Origin: Thermoplasmata archaeon | Lineage (GTDB): Archaea > Thermoplasmatota > Thermoplasmata > Halarchaeoplasmatales > Halarchaeoplasmataceae | Reading direction: 5' to 3' | NCBI GenBank assembly: GCA_003560595.1 | Contig: PWKY01000095.1 | Location: 6,421 to 70,420, forward strand | DNA length: 64,000 nt | The notes under the pieces: generated by a model | The model's database searches: none | Seen by the model: only the letters and a program-made list of their open reading frames with translations | Told to the model about the DNA's origin: nothing | Shown here: piece after piece, positions 10,050 to 19,903 of the stretch | How positions within the stretch are numbered: the first letter of the stretch is position 1 | Layout: every line of letters begins with the position of its first letter | Made by a program: the position numbers and the translations under genes

Positions 10050-11489
10050 ATGCAGGAACTAGTAGAATACGGTGTCCACAAAATGGATGACCTGGGACCG
10101 GATTATGCGGATATCCGCATCTCCGATATCTCTAAACAAAATATAAGCGTTAAGAACGGTTCTGTTGAAAGTATTAAGGATGATATTAGTCGTGGATTGG
10201 GTGTGAGGATATTGAACGGTGGATGGGGTTTTGCCTCTACCTCGGATCTTACCAAGACTGGCATCGATGTCGCTATCCATAGAGCTATGAAGATAGCGAA
10301 GGCATCAGCCATGGCGACTTCAAAGGTCGAACTAGCGGAAATTGATATCCATCATGATAAGTACGTTAGTGAATTCAAAAAAGATCCATTCCAGGAACCT
10401 TTGGAAGAAAAGCTTGAACTTCTATTGGAAGCCGAGAAGCGTTTGAAAGTCGATGATGCGATAAAGGTGACTAATGCCACTCTACTCGCGTGGAGGTTCA
10501 AGAAATGGTTCGCTTCTACAGAGGGTGCTAACATCGAACAGGACATAATCCAATGCGGTGCCGGGGTTAACGTTACCGCATCTGACGGGAACGACGTGCA
10601 GAAAAGGAGTTATCCCAATTCATTCGGCGGTGTTTTTCATTCCGAGGGATACGAATTCATAGAATCTTTGGAACTGATAGAGAACGCGGAACGCGTTGGC
10701 AAAGAGGCGGTTGAACTGCTGGATGCAAAGCAGTGTCCATCAGGAGATATGGACTTGATACTGGATCCGGGACAACTTGCTTTACAGATACACGAAAGCT
10801 GCGGTCATCCCACAGAGCTCGATAGAGTGCTTGGTACGGAAGCTAGTTATGCCGGAACTAGTTTCATGACTCCTGATATGTTGAACGAGTTGAAGTATGG
10901 TTCAAAAATAGTGGATCTAGTCAACGACGCTACGGCTCCAAAAGGCTTGGGAACGTTTGGCTATGACGACGAAGGGGTGAAGGCAAGAAAGGTGGATTTG
11001 GTCAGAAACGGGCTTTTCGTCGGTTATCAGAGCTCAAGAGAAGATGCCGCAAGATTAGGTGTAGAGGTGAGCGGTAACATGCGTGCACAAGGATGGATAA
11101 ACCTACCACTGGTGCGGATGAACAACATCAATCTAGAACCCGGTGACTGGAGCAGGGAAGAAATAATTGAGGAAACCAAAGAGGGGGTCATCATGGACAC
11201 CATCAAAAGCTGGAGTATAGACGATAAAAGATTGAACTTCCAGTTCGGAACTGAGATCGGATATCTCGTAAAAGATGGAGAGATCAAACAGATGATCAAG
11301 AATCCCACATATACCGGTATAACATACGAATTCTGGCGTAACTGCAACGCCATCGCAGGAGAGGACGAATGGAAGATGCACGGATTCCCAAATTGTGGTA
11401 AAGGAGAACCACCACAATCCATGCGAGTAGGTCACGGCTGCGCACCTGCCCGGTTCAGGGGCATACGCGTGGGGGTGGGAAAATGGTAG
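10050..11489 (+). CDS. tldD: TldD family metalloprotease (catalytic subunit)
   Basis: GLGVRIL..GWGFAST, HESCGH (HExxxH), YDDEGV, RMNN, C-terminal CGKGEP. Confidence 0.92.
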   Translation: MQELVEYGVHKMDDLGPDYADIRISDISKQNISVKNGSVESIKDDISRGLGVRILNGGWGFASTSDLTKTGIDVAIHRAMKIAKASAMATSKVELAEIDIHHDKYVSEFKKDPFQEPLEEKLELLLEAEKRLKVDDAIKVTNATLLAWRFKKWFASTEGANIEQDIIQCGAGVNVTASDGNDVQKRSYPNSFGGVFHSEGYEFIESLELIENAERVGKEAVELLDAKQCPSGDMDLILDPGQLALQIHESCGHPTELDRVLGTEASYAGTSFMTPDMLNELKYGSKIVDLVNDATAPKGLGTFGYDDEGVKARKVDLVRNGLFVGYQSSREDAARLGVEVSGNMRAQGWINLPLVRMNNINLEPGDWSREEIIEETKEGVIMDTIKSWSIDDKRLNFQFGTEIGYLVKDGEIKQMIKNPTYTGITYEFWRNCNAIAGEDEWKMHGFPNCGKGEPPQSMRVGHGCAPARFRGIRVGVGKW

Positions 11490-12847
11490 AGCGAGATGAA
11501 CTCGAAAAATTGGCCGAGTTAGTGATAAAGAAAAAGAAGGTCGATGAAGTCGAACTGCGGATCAGTCACAGCGATTCATCTCTTACCCGTTTTGCGAATT
11601 CGCGAATACACCAAAATGTCGCTCAAGAGAGTACTAGTGTTTCAATACGAGCTATCAAAGGAAAACGTGTCGGTAGTGCCGGTGTTACCAACCTTGATGA
11701 AAAATATGTCTTGTCGTGCCTCAGGAACGCCGAAAAGATCGCAGGTTTACAGCCAGAAGATCCAAACTTCAAAGGGCTTCCAGAGCCTAAAGAGATAAAA
11801 AGAGCTGCAAAGAAATACAGTGAGGAAACGGCAAAGCATCCGCCGGAAGACAAGGCAAATATGGTCTCTAATATGATAAACTACGCCGATAAAAGAGGTG
11901 TCGATAGAATATACGGAGCTTTGGCAACGGTAGATTCATCGATTTTTATAGCTAACTCTAACAACGTTAGTTGTTGGGATAAATTTAGTAGAGCCGATCT
12001 TTCAACCACTGTTATCGCTGATTGGGATAAGGACAGAGGATTTGGAAGAGGGGAAGCGTGTTCCGGCGATATAAAAAACATCGACCACATGAATGTGATC
12101 GAAAAGGCGGTAGATAAAGGTTTGAACAACCTAGATACCGTCAGTGTAGATCCGGGAGAATACACGGTAATTCTAGAGCCCATGGCCGTTAACAGCTTGG
12201 TACTTTACTTGAGTATGATGGGCTTCAGTGCAAAAGCGGTTCAAGAACAGCGGAGCTTTATGAACGGTAAATTTGGAGATAGGATCATGGATGAACGGAT
12301 CAATATCGTCGATGATGCCTACGACATCAATACCTTAGGATATAATTTTGATTTCGAAGGGATGCCTAAACAGCGGGTAGATATGATAAAGGATGGTATA
12401 GCTAATGCCGTTGTTTATGACACGTATACCGCTGGTAAAGAAGAGGATAAAGAATCCACTGGACATGCTCTACCAATGCCGAGTTCTATGAGCCCATTCC
12501 CACTGAATCCAATTATGGAAGGTGGTGATTCCTCGGTACAAGAGATGATCGATGAAACTGATAAGGGTATATTGATAACCAGATTCAACTACTGTGGTAT
12601 CATCCACCCAGTAAAAAGTATAGTCACCGGACTTACCAGGGACGGTACATGGTTGATAGAGAATGGCGAAGTAAAGGACCCGGTTAAGAATCTGAGGTTT
12701 ACTCAAAATCTGCTGGATGCCTTCGACTCCGTTGACCTAATCGGTAAACAGCAAGAGCTCTTCTCCATGGGATATATAGCTGGACATGTACTGTGCCCAG
12801 CTTTAAAGATATCTGAGTTCAACTTTACAGGTGGTACGGAGTTCTAA
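11483..12847 (+). CDS. tldE: TldE/PmbA family protein (non-catalytic partner)
   Basis: LTRFANSRIHQN, GEYTVILEP, FDFEG, STGHA, TGLTRDG; lacks HExxxH; overlaps tldD. Confidence 0.88.
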   Translation: MVERDELEKLAELVIKKKKVDEVELRISHSDSSLTRFANSRIHQNVAQESTSVSIRAIKGKRVGSAGVTNLDEKYVLSCLRNAEKIAGLQPEDPNFKGLPEPKEIKRAAKKYSEETAKHPPEDKANMVSNMINYADKRGVDRIYGALATVDSSIFIANSNNVSCWDKFSRADLSTTVIADWDKDRGFGRGEACSGDIKNIDHMNVIEKAVDKGLNNLDTVSVDPGEYTVILEPMAVNSLVLYLSMMGFSAKAVQEQRSFMNGKFGDRIMDERINIVDDAYDINTLGYNFDFEGMPKQRVDMIKDGIANAVVYDTYTAGKEEDKESTGHALPMPSSMSPFPLNPIMEGGDSSVQEMIDETDKGILITRFNYCGIIHPVKSIVTGLTRDGTWLIENGEVKDPVKNLRFTQNLLDAFDSVDLIGKQQELFSMGYIAGHVLCPALKISEFNFTGGTEF

Positions 12848-13869
12848 AGCTCTTTTAGTCCGGCCTCTAGAAGATTCACCAACCCGGTGATATCGTCCCA
12901 ATGGGCCACTTCAACGGTGGAGTGTGAGTATCTTACAGGCACACCGATAGATATCATCAGAGAGCCGAATTCCTGCAAAGCCATACCGTCGGTAGTACCT
13001 CCTGTTACTCCATATTGAACCGGTAGATCGTTATCTTCTGCTACCTTTTTGAAATGTTTGACCATTTTCGGGGAAGAGATGGCTCTCACATCTACCATCC
13101 GCAGGACCGGACCTTGGCCTAGCTTGATAGGTTTGTAGAATGAATCTAATCCCGGAGAATCTGATGTGGTATAGGTATCAAGGGCGATCACGTAATCTGG
13201 CTTGATAGTATTGCCGACGACTTTTGCCCCTCTCAAACCGATCTCTTCTTGAACACTCCAAACTAATGTCAGTCTAAGCCCCGAGTCTCTCAACCTCCTA
13301 GCCAATTGTATAAGGGCATAGGAACCTATTCTGTTGTCCATACCTCTACCCGCTACGTGCTTTCCATACAATCGACGTAAGGGTTTCATAAAGGTGATCG
13401 AATCAGGTACATCTATACCAAGTTCATTCACCTCTTCTACAGAGGAGGCCCCTACATCAACGTAGGTAGATGTCCACGGAACTATCTCGTCACTTTTATC
13501 TTTGTCCGTTGTTAGATGAGGTGCTTTATGGCCTATGACTCCGTTCACGGGACCCTTAGAAGAGTGAATAGTAACATGTCTTCCCAATAAAAGGGAGTCT
13601 TTAACACCACCTATCTTCATCACTCTCAGGAATCCATTGTCCTCTACGTTCGAAACCACCATGCCGATCTCGTCCATGTGTGCCACTATGGCGATATGTG
13701 GTCCATCACCTGGTATTTCTAGTATCAGATTTCCAACATTATCAACTCGAGTTTCTCCGATGTCTGAGACGAGCGAGTCTATCAATTCCCTTACTTCATC
13801 CTCATATCCAGATACTCCTGAGGCCTTGATCACTTTTTCGAATTCTTCTATTCCTTCTAGTTCTTTCAT
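12844..13869 (-). CDS. M42 family aminopeptidase (TET-like)
   Basis: SGYE, AHMDEIG, MDNRIG, QEEIGLRGA, RYSHS. Confidence 0.92.
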   Translation of the reverse strand: MKELEGIEEFEKVIKASGVSGYEDEVRELIDSLVSDIGETRVDNVGNLILEIPGDGPHIAIVAHMDEIGMVVSNVEDNGFLRVMKIGGVKDSLLLGRHVTIHSSKGPVNGVIGHKAPHLTTDKDKSDEIVPWTSTYVDVGASSVEEVNELGIDVPDSITFMKPLRRLYGKHVAGRGMDNRIGSYALIQLARRLRDSGLRLTLVWSVQEEIGLRGAKVVGNTIKPDYVIALDTYTTSDSPGLDSFYKPIKLGQGPVLRMVDVRAISSPKMVKHFKKVAEDNDLPVQYGVTGGTTDGMALQEFGSLMISIGVPVRYSHSTVEVAHWDDITGLVNLLEAGLKEL

Positions 13870-13913
13870 ATCTGATCACTCCATTAGGGGGGGCCCTTTA
13901 TTTCATGTGGAAC

Positions 13914-15008
13914 TCAAAGGAAGGGAGGGTTCTTTACTTTTGCCTTTTTCTTCTGCCCACGTATGTCGACTAATACTTCAGTGCCTTCCTTATGATAACC
14001 GGGGTCCAAGTAAGCTAGAGCTATACCTTTCTTTTTGATGGGAGAACGGGTCCCACTGGTTACTTCTCCTATCTTATCATCGTTATCATAAACAGAATAA
14101 CCATGTCTTGGTATACCCCTATCTAACATCATCAATCCCTTTAACATCTGATGTTCCTTTTCTTTCATCTCTTCCAATGCTTCCTTACCAGCAAAGTCAT
14201 GGTCCCAATTAACTGCATGTTTCTGCCATCCCGTTTCGATAGTAGTACGATCTTCATCGAAATCCTGCCCTGAAAGTAAGAACCCGAATTCTAGTCTTAA
14301 ACTGTCTCTTGCTGCTAAACCACAGGCAGTAGGCGGATCTTCCAGGGCTAAAAACTGATCCCATAATACCTTACCAGACTCAGCTGGTAAAACTATCTCG
14401 AAGCCGTCTTCACCGGTATAGCCACTTTTTTGGATGAGGGGGGCATCGGCCATGGGCCAACCTTCATCGAATACTTCCATCACTTCTTTATTTATCTCAA
14501 CTACACGAGCGGTGAAGAAATCCATATCGGAAACATCTTCGTCACAAACCTGTTCCATGATCTTTATCGAATCAGGTCCCTGTAGAGCGATCATCACGGT
14601 TTCCTCTGATACATCGGTGATAAACTCCTCTCCACCATGTTCTTCGAGCCATTTTTTGACCATCGAAGTACGTCCGGCATTAGGAACTATATAACAAGAA
14701 TCTTCACTTAATTTAGTGACGATGGTATCGTCTATTATACCTCCTTTATCGTTCAGTATGTGTGCATACTTGAGTTGAAGTATGTTGGATTCGGTGATAT
14801 CCATCGTACAATGTTTGCTCATAAATTCTACAGCATCGTCGCCCTTCAGATAGAGTTCACCCATGTGTGATACATCAAAAATTCCCGCTTTATTTCTTAC
14901 TGCAAGGTGCTCTTTGATAGCACTGGTGAAAGTTAGAGGCATCTCCCATCCTCCGAATTTTGTCATCTTCGCGTCAGCATACTTTTCGTACAGCGGTGTC
15001 CTTTTCAT
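13914..15008 (-). CDS. gcvT: Glycine cleavage system T protein (aminomethyltransferase)
   Basis: FGGWEMPL, GIFDVSHMG, IIDD, ALQGP, SGYTGEDGFE, GLAARDSLRLE, GEVTSG. Confidence 0.95.
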   Translation of the reverse strand: MKRTPLYEKYADAKMTKFGGWEMPLTFTSAIKEHLAVRNKAGIFDVSHMGELYLKGDDAVEFMSKHCTMDITESNILQLKYAHILNDKGGIIDDTIVTKLSEDSCYIVPNAGRTSMVKKWLEEHGGEEFITDVSEETVMIALQGPDSIKIMEQVCDEDVSDMDFFTARVVEINKEVMEVFDEGWPMADAPLIQKSGYTGEDGFEIVLPAESGKVLWDQFLALEDPPTACGLAARDSLRLEFGFLLSGQDFDEDRTTIETGWQKHAVNWDHDFAGKEALEEMKEKEHQMLKGLMMLDRGIPRHGYSVYDNDDKIGEVTSGTRSPIKKKGIALAYLDPGYHKEGTEVLVDIRGQKKKAKVKNPPFL

Positions 15009-15083
15009 ACATGACCAAATAGAACACTGTTTTAAAATGTTTATGACCAAAGATTATTATATGATATTTCCCCCTTTGAAACT

Positions 15084-16460
15084 ATGAAGAAGTACGATGT
15101 TATAGCTATCGGTTCAGGATCTGCTACTAATATTGTATCTACATTACTTTCATCTGATCCAAAATTGAAGATCGCTTTGATAGAAAAGGACGAAGCAGGT
15201 GGTATCTGTCTTACTAGAGGATGCATTCCTTCCAAGATGATACTCTATCCTGCCGAAATAATAAGTACTATCAAGAAAGCTAAGTCGTTTGGAATAGATG
15301 CAGATATAAAAAATATTGATTTTACATGGATCATGGAAGAGATGAGAAAAGATATAGGTGAAAAGAGTCAAAGTATAGAACATTCTTTAACCAACTCTAA
15401 ACATATAGATTTTTACCCTGAACCTGCTAGGTTTGTTTCTGATTATACATTACAGGTCGGAGATGAAAAAATAAAGGGTAAGAAGATACTTCTATGTACC
15501 GGTTCTAAACCTCATGTTCCTCCCATCAAAGGTCTTAAGGATACAGGTTACCTTACCAGTGATACTTTTTTAAAACTAAAGAAAAAACCAAAAAGTTTGA
15601 TCGTAGTCGGGGGAGGGTACATAGCAGCCGAGTATGGATACTTCATGGCGATGATGGGGACGAAAGTACATATCGTAGGTAGGAATAAAAGGTTGGTACC
15701 CGATGAGGAACCAGAGATATCCCAAGTTTTAAAGAAGAAGTTATCTGATCATATGAATATACATACGGGATATGAAGTAAAGAAAGTAGGTAAAAAAGGA
15801 AATTCCAAAGCAGTACTTGCGGAGAATAAAGAAGGAAGAAAATTAAAGCTAAAGGCAGAAAAGATACTGATAGCTACTGGTCGGGCCTCTAATTCAGATG
15901 TTTTACAACCCCAAAATAGCGGTATCGAGACAGATGATAGGGGTTGGATAAAGGTAGATAAGTATCTTCAGACTACTAAACCGAACATATGGGCCATGGG
16001 TGATGCCACTGGTAAACATATGTTCAAACACGTTGCCAATTATGAATCTGAACTAGTTTACAAAAATGCATTTGGTTCGAACGAAAAAATACCTACGGAT
16101 TACCATGGTGTCCCTCATGCCATCTTTACTAATCCAGAGATAGCGGGTGTAGGTATGGGTGAAGAGGAAGCCCGTAAAAAGACAGAAATTTTAGTCGGTA
16201 GAAACTCTTTTACGGATACAGCAAAGGGGCAAGCTATGAAAGCTGACGATTGTTTTGTTAAAGTGATCGTAGAAAAATCTACATATCGTATACTTGGAGC
16301 ACACATCATAGGACCTCAAGCATCGGTATTGATACAAGAGATCATAAATCTGATGTATACTAAAGACATGTCTCCTGCACCGATCTTCAGAGGTATGCAC
16401 ATACATCCTGCTTTAAGCGAGGTAGTTCAAAGAGCCTTCTATAACCTTCATAGCCATTGA
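15084..16460 (+). CDS. lpdA: Dihydrolipoamide dehydrogenase (probable glycine cleavage L protein)
   Basis: Redox disulfide GGICLTRGCIPSK, GGGYIAAE, C-terminal HIHPALSE; divergent from gcvT. Confidence 0.88.
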   Translation: MKKYDVIAIGSGSATNIVSTLLSSDPKLKIALIEKDEAGGICLTRGCIPSKMILYPAEIISTIKKAKSFGIDADIKNIDFTWIMEEMRKDIGEKSQSIEHSLTNSKHIDFYPEPARFVSDYTLQVGDEKIKGKKILLCTGSKPHVPPIKGLKDTGYLTSDTFLKLKKKPKSLIVVGGGYIAAEYGYFMAMMGTKVHIVGRNKRLVPDEEPEISQVLKKKLSDHMNIHTGYEVKKVGKKGNSKAVLAENKEGRKLKLKAEKILIATGRASNSDVLQPQNSGIETDDRGWIKVDKYLQTTKPNIWAMGDATGKHMFKHVANYESELVYKNAFGSNEKIPTDYHGVPHAIFTNPEIAGVGMGEEEARKKTEILVGRNSFTDTAKGQAMKADDCFVKVIVEKSTYRILGAHIIGPQASVLIQEIINLMYTKDMSPAPIFRGMHIHPALSEVVQRAFYNLHSH

Positions 16461-16505
16461 TTAGACGAAAAAGGTTTAAGTATTTAGAATAAAATCACCC
16501 ATCAT

Positions 16506-16889
16506 ATGTCTTTCAAAAAAACTGTTAGGATCTATCAAGGTTTCCTAGGTGTAGTTGGATTGATCACAGGTATTTTTCTTTTAATACTTGGTTTGTTTGG
16601 AGTATTTTTACAGGATATATCTCCTGGACCCATAACAAATTTAAACGAATTGATCGGGAATTGGACCTATTGGTCTTTGGTTCTCGGAGCATTGCTAGTA
16701 CTTTTCCTCGGCTGGTATGTGATAGATCGATATCGAAAGATAGAAGAATTTAAAGATCTGATGGATACAAAAAGTAAGAGTAAATTCGTAAAAAATATCG
16801 CAAGGTTAGAGACATTAGCACTAACGTTAGGCCCGGATTACGAGGAAGAGGTCCTTGAGAAGGAAAGGGAGTATAGAATCAGAAGGTAG
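16506..16889 (+). CDS. Small membrane protein, DUF3198-like
   Basis: Two TM segments, then SKSKFVKNIARLE...L; family recognised from memory. Confidence 0.6.
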   Translation: MSFKKTVRIYQGFLGVVGLITGIFLLILGLFGVFLQDISPGPITNLNELIGNWTYWSLVLGALLVLFLGWYVIDRYRKIEEFKDLMDTKSKSKFVKNIARLETLALTLGPDYEEEVLEKEREYRIRR

Positions 16890-16935
16890 TCGCTCGGGAG
16901 TTTCCACATGAAATAAAGGGGTCCCCCCGTCTAAT

Positions 16936-17009
16936 GCGGTTGTGGTCCAGCCTGGTTAGGACTCAAGCTTCCCAAGCTTGATGCCCGGGTTCGAATCCCG
17001 GCAACCGCA
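16936..17009 (+). tRNA. tRNA-Gly (CCC)
   Basis: Acceptor GCGGTTG/CAACCGC, anticodon arm CAAGC-TTCCCAA-GCTTG, T-loop TTCGAAT; CCA not encoded. Confidence 0.97.
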
Positions 17010-17010
17010 T

Positions 17011-19869
17011 CTAAGTCTTTAATAGTTTTCTTGCAGCTTCAAAATCCTCTCTCAGATCTAGAGCCCGCTCAACTTTGCCCTTCCACCCATCTTTATCTAA
17101 TCGTTTCATAGCTATACCAAGGTGATACCAAGATGAAGCATCGTTTGGAGCAAGGTTAACTGCCTTATCAAATGTGCTTTCCGCAGCTTCCAACAAATTT
17201 CTTTCCAACTGACAGAAACCTAGATTATTAAGATAAATTTCATCTTCTTTTAATTCAACCGATTTTTCAAAGGCTGATAAAGCTTCCCCGTATCTTTCCA
17301 ATTGATAGGCGGCACATCCTAGATTATTATTATGCAGTGCAACAGGGACTTCAACGGCATCTCTGAACATTTTCATGCTTTTTTTGTATTCACGTGAAAT
17401 ATAAAGATAAGTACCTAGTAAATAGTTCATATAAGGTGATGAATAACCCTTGGCTTTGATTTCTTCGATAGCGCTTTCAACTCCATCTATTTCAACCCTA
17501 TATTTTGTCTCAGCCTTTACTGCATCAAAAAGTAAGTTACCAGATACTTCACTAGCTTTATGATAAGATAATAGCGCATCATCAAATCTTTCTAAACGCC
17601 CCATCAACTCTCCCCTCTTCTCCCAGAAGACTGTATTGCCTTTCATATCATCCATTATCTGGTCGGATATGTCACCCGCTTCCTCATATCTTCCTTGATT
17701 GAATAACAACTCTTCTAAATTATATTTTGCAACGAGTAAATCCTTTGCTTCTCTGAACATCCTCTCAGACCGTTCTTCCATCCCTAAAGCATGATAACAA
17801 CAACCCTTTATATTCAAGATATCTTTATTATTTGCATCCCCCACAATTTCCAGAACCTTCTCGTATTCCCCCATACAATACAGGATGTTCGCCTTTCTTT
17901 TTAAAACAGAATCTTCTTCAACGATCTTTTCTTTTTTCTGAGACTCCTTAAGCACTTTTTCTTTTTCCTTTTCCTCTCTCCTGTAACGAGCAAGATCTTC
18001 AAGCAATCTTTCCTGATTTCTCTTTAGTTTTTCGATCTCCTCTTGTTTTGAATCGAGTTGTTTTAAAGCGTTTTCTTTTTCTTCTATCAGATCGTCCATA
18101 TCCTCGGAAGGCATTTTTTCTTCTAATTCAGTGATATGCCTTTCTAACGATTCTTTCTTATCTCTCAATTCTTCGATATCTTTGAGAAACTCCTGTACCT
18201 CCCTGCTAACATCCTCTTTTTTCTCGGCAAGGTCCTCGATCTCCTTCCTCTTCTTATCTATCTCACTTTGCAGTTTTTCCCTCTCTCCGTCATCAGAAAT
18301 AGGTAGCTGATCCTTCAGATCCATAAGATCTTCTAATTCGATTTCTTTACTTTTTAAAGTGGATCTAAGCTGATCACGCTCTTCAACTATCTGACTGACT
18401 TCAGAGTCTTCTTTCAATCTATCTTCCCAGACGGAACTTATCTCCTTTTCCAAAGACATCTTTTCTTCTTTGAGCCTTTCAAGTTCTTTGTCTTTTTCTT
18501 CAAGGGCCCTTTTCAACTCCTCTTCCTCTTTAACTTCTTCTTCAAACTTCTGCTTCTCTTCCTTCAAACTATCAATATCTTTTTCCAGCCCTTGTATCTT
18601 ATCATAAAGGATCTCTTTTTCATCTCCCGTATCTTCAGGAGCTTCAACGACTATTTTTCTCTTTGGTTCTGGGATACTTTCTAAACGCTCTTCCAGACGT
18701 TCCTTCAGCCCCTTGGTTCTCGTGTGACCAGGATTAAGTTTCAAGGCTTTTTCAGCGCTGTGATATGCCTCCTCGATATCTCCCAAAGCCTCAAGATAAG
18801 CTGAGCGTATATAATGGAATTCAGACCTCTCCGGTCGTAAATTCACCAATTTATCCATTATACGTAAGGCCGCTGAAATTTTGTTTTGATTTTCCAAAAC
18901 CAGGGCCTTATTGATCAACGCGTCGATGTACTTTGGATGTATCTCTAATGCGTTATCGATACAATGTATCGCCGCCGCAAGATCACCTTTTTTGAAGAGG
19001 CACAGTCCTTTATTGTTCCAAGCACCTTCGTCCCTAGGTTCTACTTCCAATACCCTGTCGAAGCATAATTCAGCTTCATCATAGAGTCCTTCTTCATACA
19101 GTGTCGCTCCTTTGTTCCTCCACGCGTCTATATGGTCTTCATTTATATCGAGGGCCCTATCGTAAGCTTCGATCTCTTCTTCATATTCACCTAATTCATG
19201 TAGAGTTTTACCCAAAGACGTCCATAAGTCTGGGGACCTCATCCCCCTTTCTATAGATTTTATTAAAACATCTTTTGCCTCTTCTATATGTCCCATCTTC
19301 ATCAAAACTTCAGATTTCATAAGTCTGGGTTTTATAGCCTCAGGTTTTTGATCCACGGCCTTTTCGTAGTATTCCAAAGCATTAGGGTAATTTTTCTTTT
19401 TAAAGAATTCATCACCCCACTCCATGAGCCGATCGATTTCCGAGGCACTAGGTAACGTTCTTCCTTCGACTTCCGAAGGTTGGATACTAGGAAGTATATT
19501 GTACTCCTTCATGAGCTCATAGAATTTCTCTGCACCTGATACTTCTGTTCTTTCAACATCAACCTTGGATGAATCAACCGTTTCAGTGGTGATGTAAAGC
19601 CCTTTCATCCCTGGAGCGATCAATTTACGCATGGACCGGGTCTCCCTGATCGGGTCGCCGCCTGAGCGTGTTATCCTGATGATATAATCGTGTATTCTAC
19701 TACCCATCTGCAGTTCTGCCTCTGCTTCAAAATCACCCCCCATACTTCTAGCACTGATTATGTCGAAACCCATCTTCTTCAACAATGTAATACATATCTT
19801 TTGAAAACGCTCCCGACTCATGCGTTCGAGTTCCTCTACGAACCGTTCTTTATCTATCAAAGGCGACAC
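17011..19869 (-). CDS. 952-aa protein: N-terminal Mrr-like (PD-(D/E)xK fold) domain, TPR array, long coiled coil, second TPR array
   Basis: MSRERFQKICITLLKKMGF...GLYITT...GAEKFYELM pattern; many TPR motifs (AWNNKG, YLNNLG); E/K heptads around aa 415-640. Confidence 0.8.
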   Translation of the reverse strand: MSPLIDKERFVEELERMSRERFQKICITLLKKMGFDIISARSMGGDFEAEAELQMGSRIHDYIIRITRSGGDPIRETRSMRKLIAPGMKGLYITTETVDSSKVDVERTEVSGAEKFYELMKEYNILPSIQPSEVEGRTLPSASEIDRLMEWGDEFFKKKNYPNALEYYEKAVDQKPEAIKPRLMKSEVLMKMGHIEEAKDVLIKSIERGMRSPDLWTSLGKTLHELGEYEEEIEAYDRALDINEDHIDAWRNKGATLYEEGLYDEAELCFDRVLEVEPRDEGAWNNKGLCLFKKGDLAAAIHCIDNALEIHPKYIDALINKALVLENQNKISAALRIMDKLVNLRPERSEFHYIRSAYLEALGDIEEAYHSAEKALKLNPGHTRTKGLKERLEERLESIPEPKRKIVVEAPEDTGDEKEILYDKIQGLEKDIDSLKEEKQKFEEEVKEEEELKRALEEKDKELERLKEEKMSLEKEISSVWEDRLKEDSEVSQIVEERDQLRSTLKSKEIELEDLMDLKDQLPISDDGEREKLQSEIDKKRKEIEDLAEKKEDVSREVQEFLKDIEELRDKKESLERHITELEEKMPSEDMDDLIEEKENALKQLDSKQEEIEKLKRNQERLLEDLARYRREEKEKEKVLKESQKKEKIVEEDSVLKRKANILYCMGEYEKVLEIVGDANNKDILNIKGCCYHALGMEERSERMFREAKDLLVAKYNLEELLFNQGRYEEAGDISDQIMDDMKGNTVFWEKRGELMGRLERFDDALLSYHKASEVSGNLLFDAVKAETKYRVEIDGVESAIEEIKAKGYSSPYMNYLLGTYLYISREYKKSMKMFRDAVEVPVALHNNNLGCAAYQLERYGEALSAFEKSVELKEDEIYLNNLGFCQLERNLLEAAESTFDKAVNLAPNDASSWYHLGIAMKRLDKDGWKGKVERALDLREDFEAARKLLKT

Positions 19870-19903
19870 CCGCTTAAATTAATAGTTTATGTGTTTTGAC
19901 GTA

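Noticed and set aside
16936-17030. tRNA-Gly as an integration site
   Set aside because: No repeat of its 3' end and no integrase was seen in the window.
17950-18630. Coiled coil resembling SMC/Rad50
   Set aside because: No Walker A/B, signature or hinge motifs; it is flanked by TPRs.
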